From a bacterium (GTDB taxonomy: Bacteria > Hydrothermota > 32-111): a stretch of 42,262 bases of DNA. A model generated the notes under the pieces. The model worked only from the letters and a program-made list of their open reading frames with translations. It was not told where the DNA came from and searched no databases. The position numbers and the translations under genes were made by a program. This document shows, piece by piece, positions 41,178 to 42,262 of the stretch (the first letter of the stretch is position 1; each line of letters begins with the position of its first letter). The stretch is from positions 1 through 42,262 of the forward strand of contig JAWOBN010000068.1 in assembly GCA_046484245.1 (NCBI GenBank). The letters run 5' to 3'.

Positions 41178-42262
41178 ATGGATCACAGTTTAAAAATTGA
41201 CAAGGATATAGTAATACCCGGTGAATTACCTGTTCTGCCGAGGAATGATGTTATTGTCTATCCCCTGCTTATTTTACCTATTGCAGTAAATGACGATAAG
41301 TATATAAAACTCATAGATAATGCCCTGTCATCCGACAAGCTGATATTTGTCGGATACACGGACCGGGATGAGCTTGAAGCAATTGATGAAGATGAAATAA
41401 TGGAGTTCGGCGTTGTTGCAAATATTCTCAAGATGCTGCGGTTCCCCGATGGTTCCGTGAGAGTCCTGGTTCAGGGTCTCAAGAGAGCGAGAATTGTCTC
41501 TTTCAGCGATACTTCAAAAGAGTATCCTGTTGCTGAGATAGATGTTATTGAAGAGAAGATAAGAGGAAGCATTAAGGAAGAGGCAATGACGAGGAATCTC
41601 ACCGATATGTTCAGAAAGTATGTGAAACATTCTCAGCAGCTGCCTGATGAGGTCAATCAGATACTTGCAACAATTGAGGAACCCTGGAAACTTGCTGATT
41701 TCATTGCATCCAATCTTACCATAGATACCCAGGACAAGTACACAATACTGACAATGATTGATCCTATTGAAAGGATGAATGAACTTTCTGAGATACTCAA
41801 TAAGGAGCTCTCCATTCTTGAAGTAGGGGAGAAGATCAAATCAATGGTCTCATCAGAGATCAATGAGGATCAGAAAAAATACTTCCTCAGAGAGCAGCTC
41901 AAGGCAATAAGAAAGGAACTGGGGGAGGATGACCCGAAGGCTAAGGAGCTCAGTGAAATAAGGGAGCAGGCTGAAAAGAAGAAACTGCCTGAGGAAGCCC
42001 GTTCAACACTGGAGAGCCAGATAGAAAGACTGGAGATGATGAATCCCATGATGCCTGAGTACAATGTCGTGAGGACATATATTGACTGGATACTTGAATT
42101 GCCGTGGAAGAATTATTCAAAGGATAAACTGGATATAAAGAGAGCTGAGAAAATCCTCAATGAGGATCATTATGATCTGGAGAAGATCAAGACCAGAATA
42201 CTGGAGTATCTTGCAGTAAAGAAACTCAAGAAGGACAGCAAGGGCCCCATACTGTGTTTTGT
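41178..42262 (+). CDS. lon: ATP-dependent Lon protease (N-terminal part; runs off the window)
   Basis: Not in the ORF track (no stop in window). ATG 41178 follows AAGGAG. Reads LPVLP...ILKMLRFPDG..RVLVQG, QKKYFLREQLKAIRKELGE, DHYDLEKIK.RILEYLAV...GPILCF. Confidence 0.96.
   Translation, partial: MDHSLKIDKDIVIPGELPVLPRNDVIVYPLLILPIAVNDDKYIKLIDNALSSDKLIFVGYTDRDELEAIDEDEIMEFGVVANILKMLRFPDGSVRVLVQGLKRARIVSFSDTSKEYPVAEIDVIEEKIRGSIKEEAMTRNLTDMFRKYVKHSQQLPDEVNQILATIEEPWKLADFIASNLTIDTQDKYTILTMIDPIERMNELSEILNKELSILEVGEKIKSMVSSEINEDQKKYFLREQLKAIRKELGEDDPKAKELSEIREQAEKKKLPEEARSTLESQIERLEMMNPMMPEYNVVRTYIDWILELPWKNYSKDKLDIKRAEKILNEDHYDLEKIKTRILEYLAVKKLKKDSKGPILCF

Overview
This is a 42-kb, mostly housekeeping chromosomal segment of a bacterium using the standard code. 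A PorX-like regulator, a T9SS-style C-terminal domain and a long SecA suggest an FCB-related, possibly candidate-phylum lineage (inference only). Gene order: folD(3' end)-xseA-xseB-ispA-DUF212-dxs-secA-ligA-thyX(duplicated)-malic enzyme; a block of envelope/membrane genes; deaD(-); an ~815-bp non-coding region; divergent PAS-GGDEF/TPR genes; a minus-strand ppiD-tRNA(CAT)-tyrS-hyp-nadA unit; a secreted clostripain; and a long plus-strand run GAF-GGDEF, histidine kinase, PorX-like RR-PglZ, folB, folK, dNK, panC, short glmU, LytR_C, rsfS, argS, purM, hsp20, lon(partial). No transposase, integrase, CRISPR or rRNA is visible. The most unusual signal is a pair of 135/136-bp palindromic elements in the deaD-GGDEF gap. 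They share exact geometry (GGACG-N11-TGTC ... GACA-N11-CGTCC) but not filler sequence, and one is nested in a further 15-bp inverted repeat. Also notable: three apparently leaderless signalling genes, a complete sigma54/IHF/enhancer promoter for the clostripain, a cyclase-kinase-PglZ operon, and degenerate HIGH motifs in ArgRS and TyrRS.
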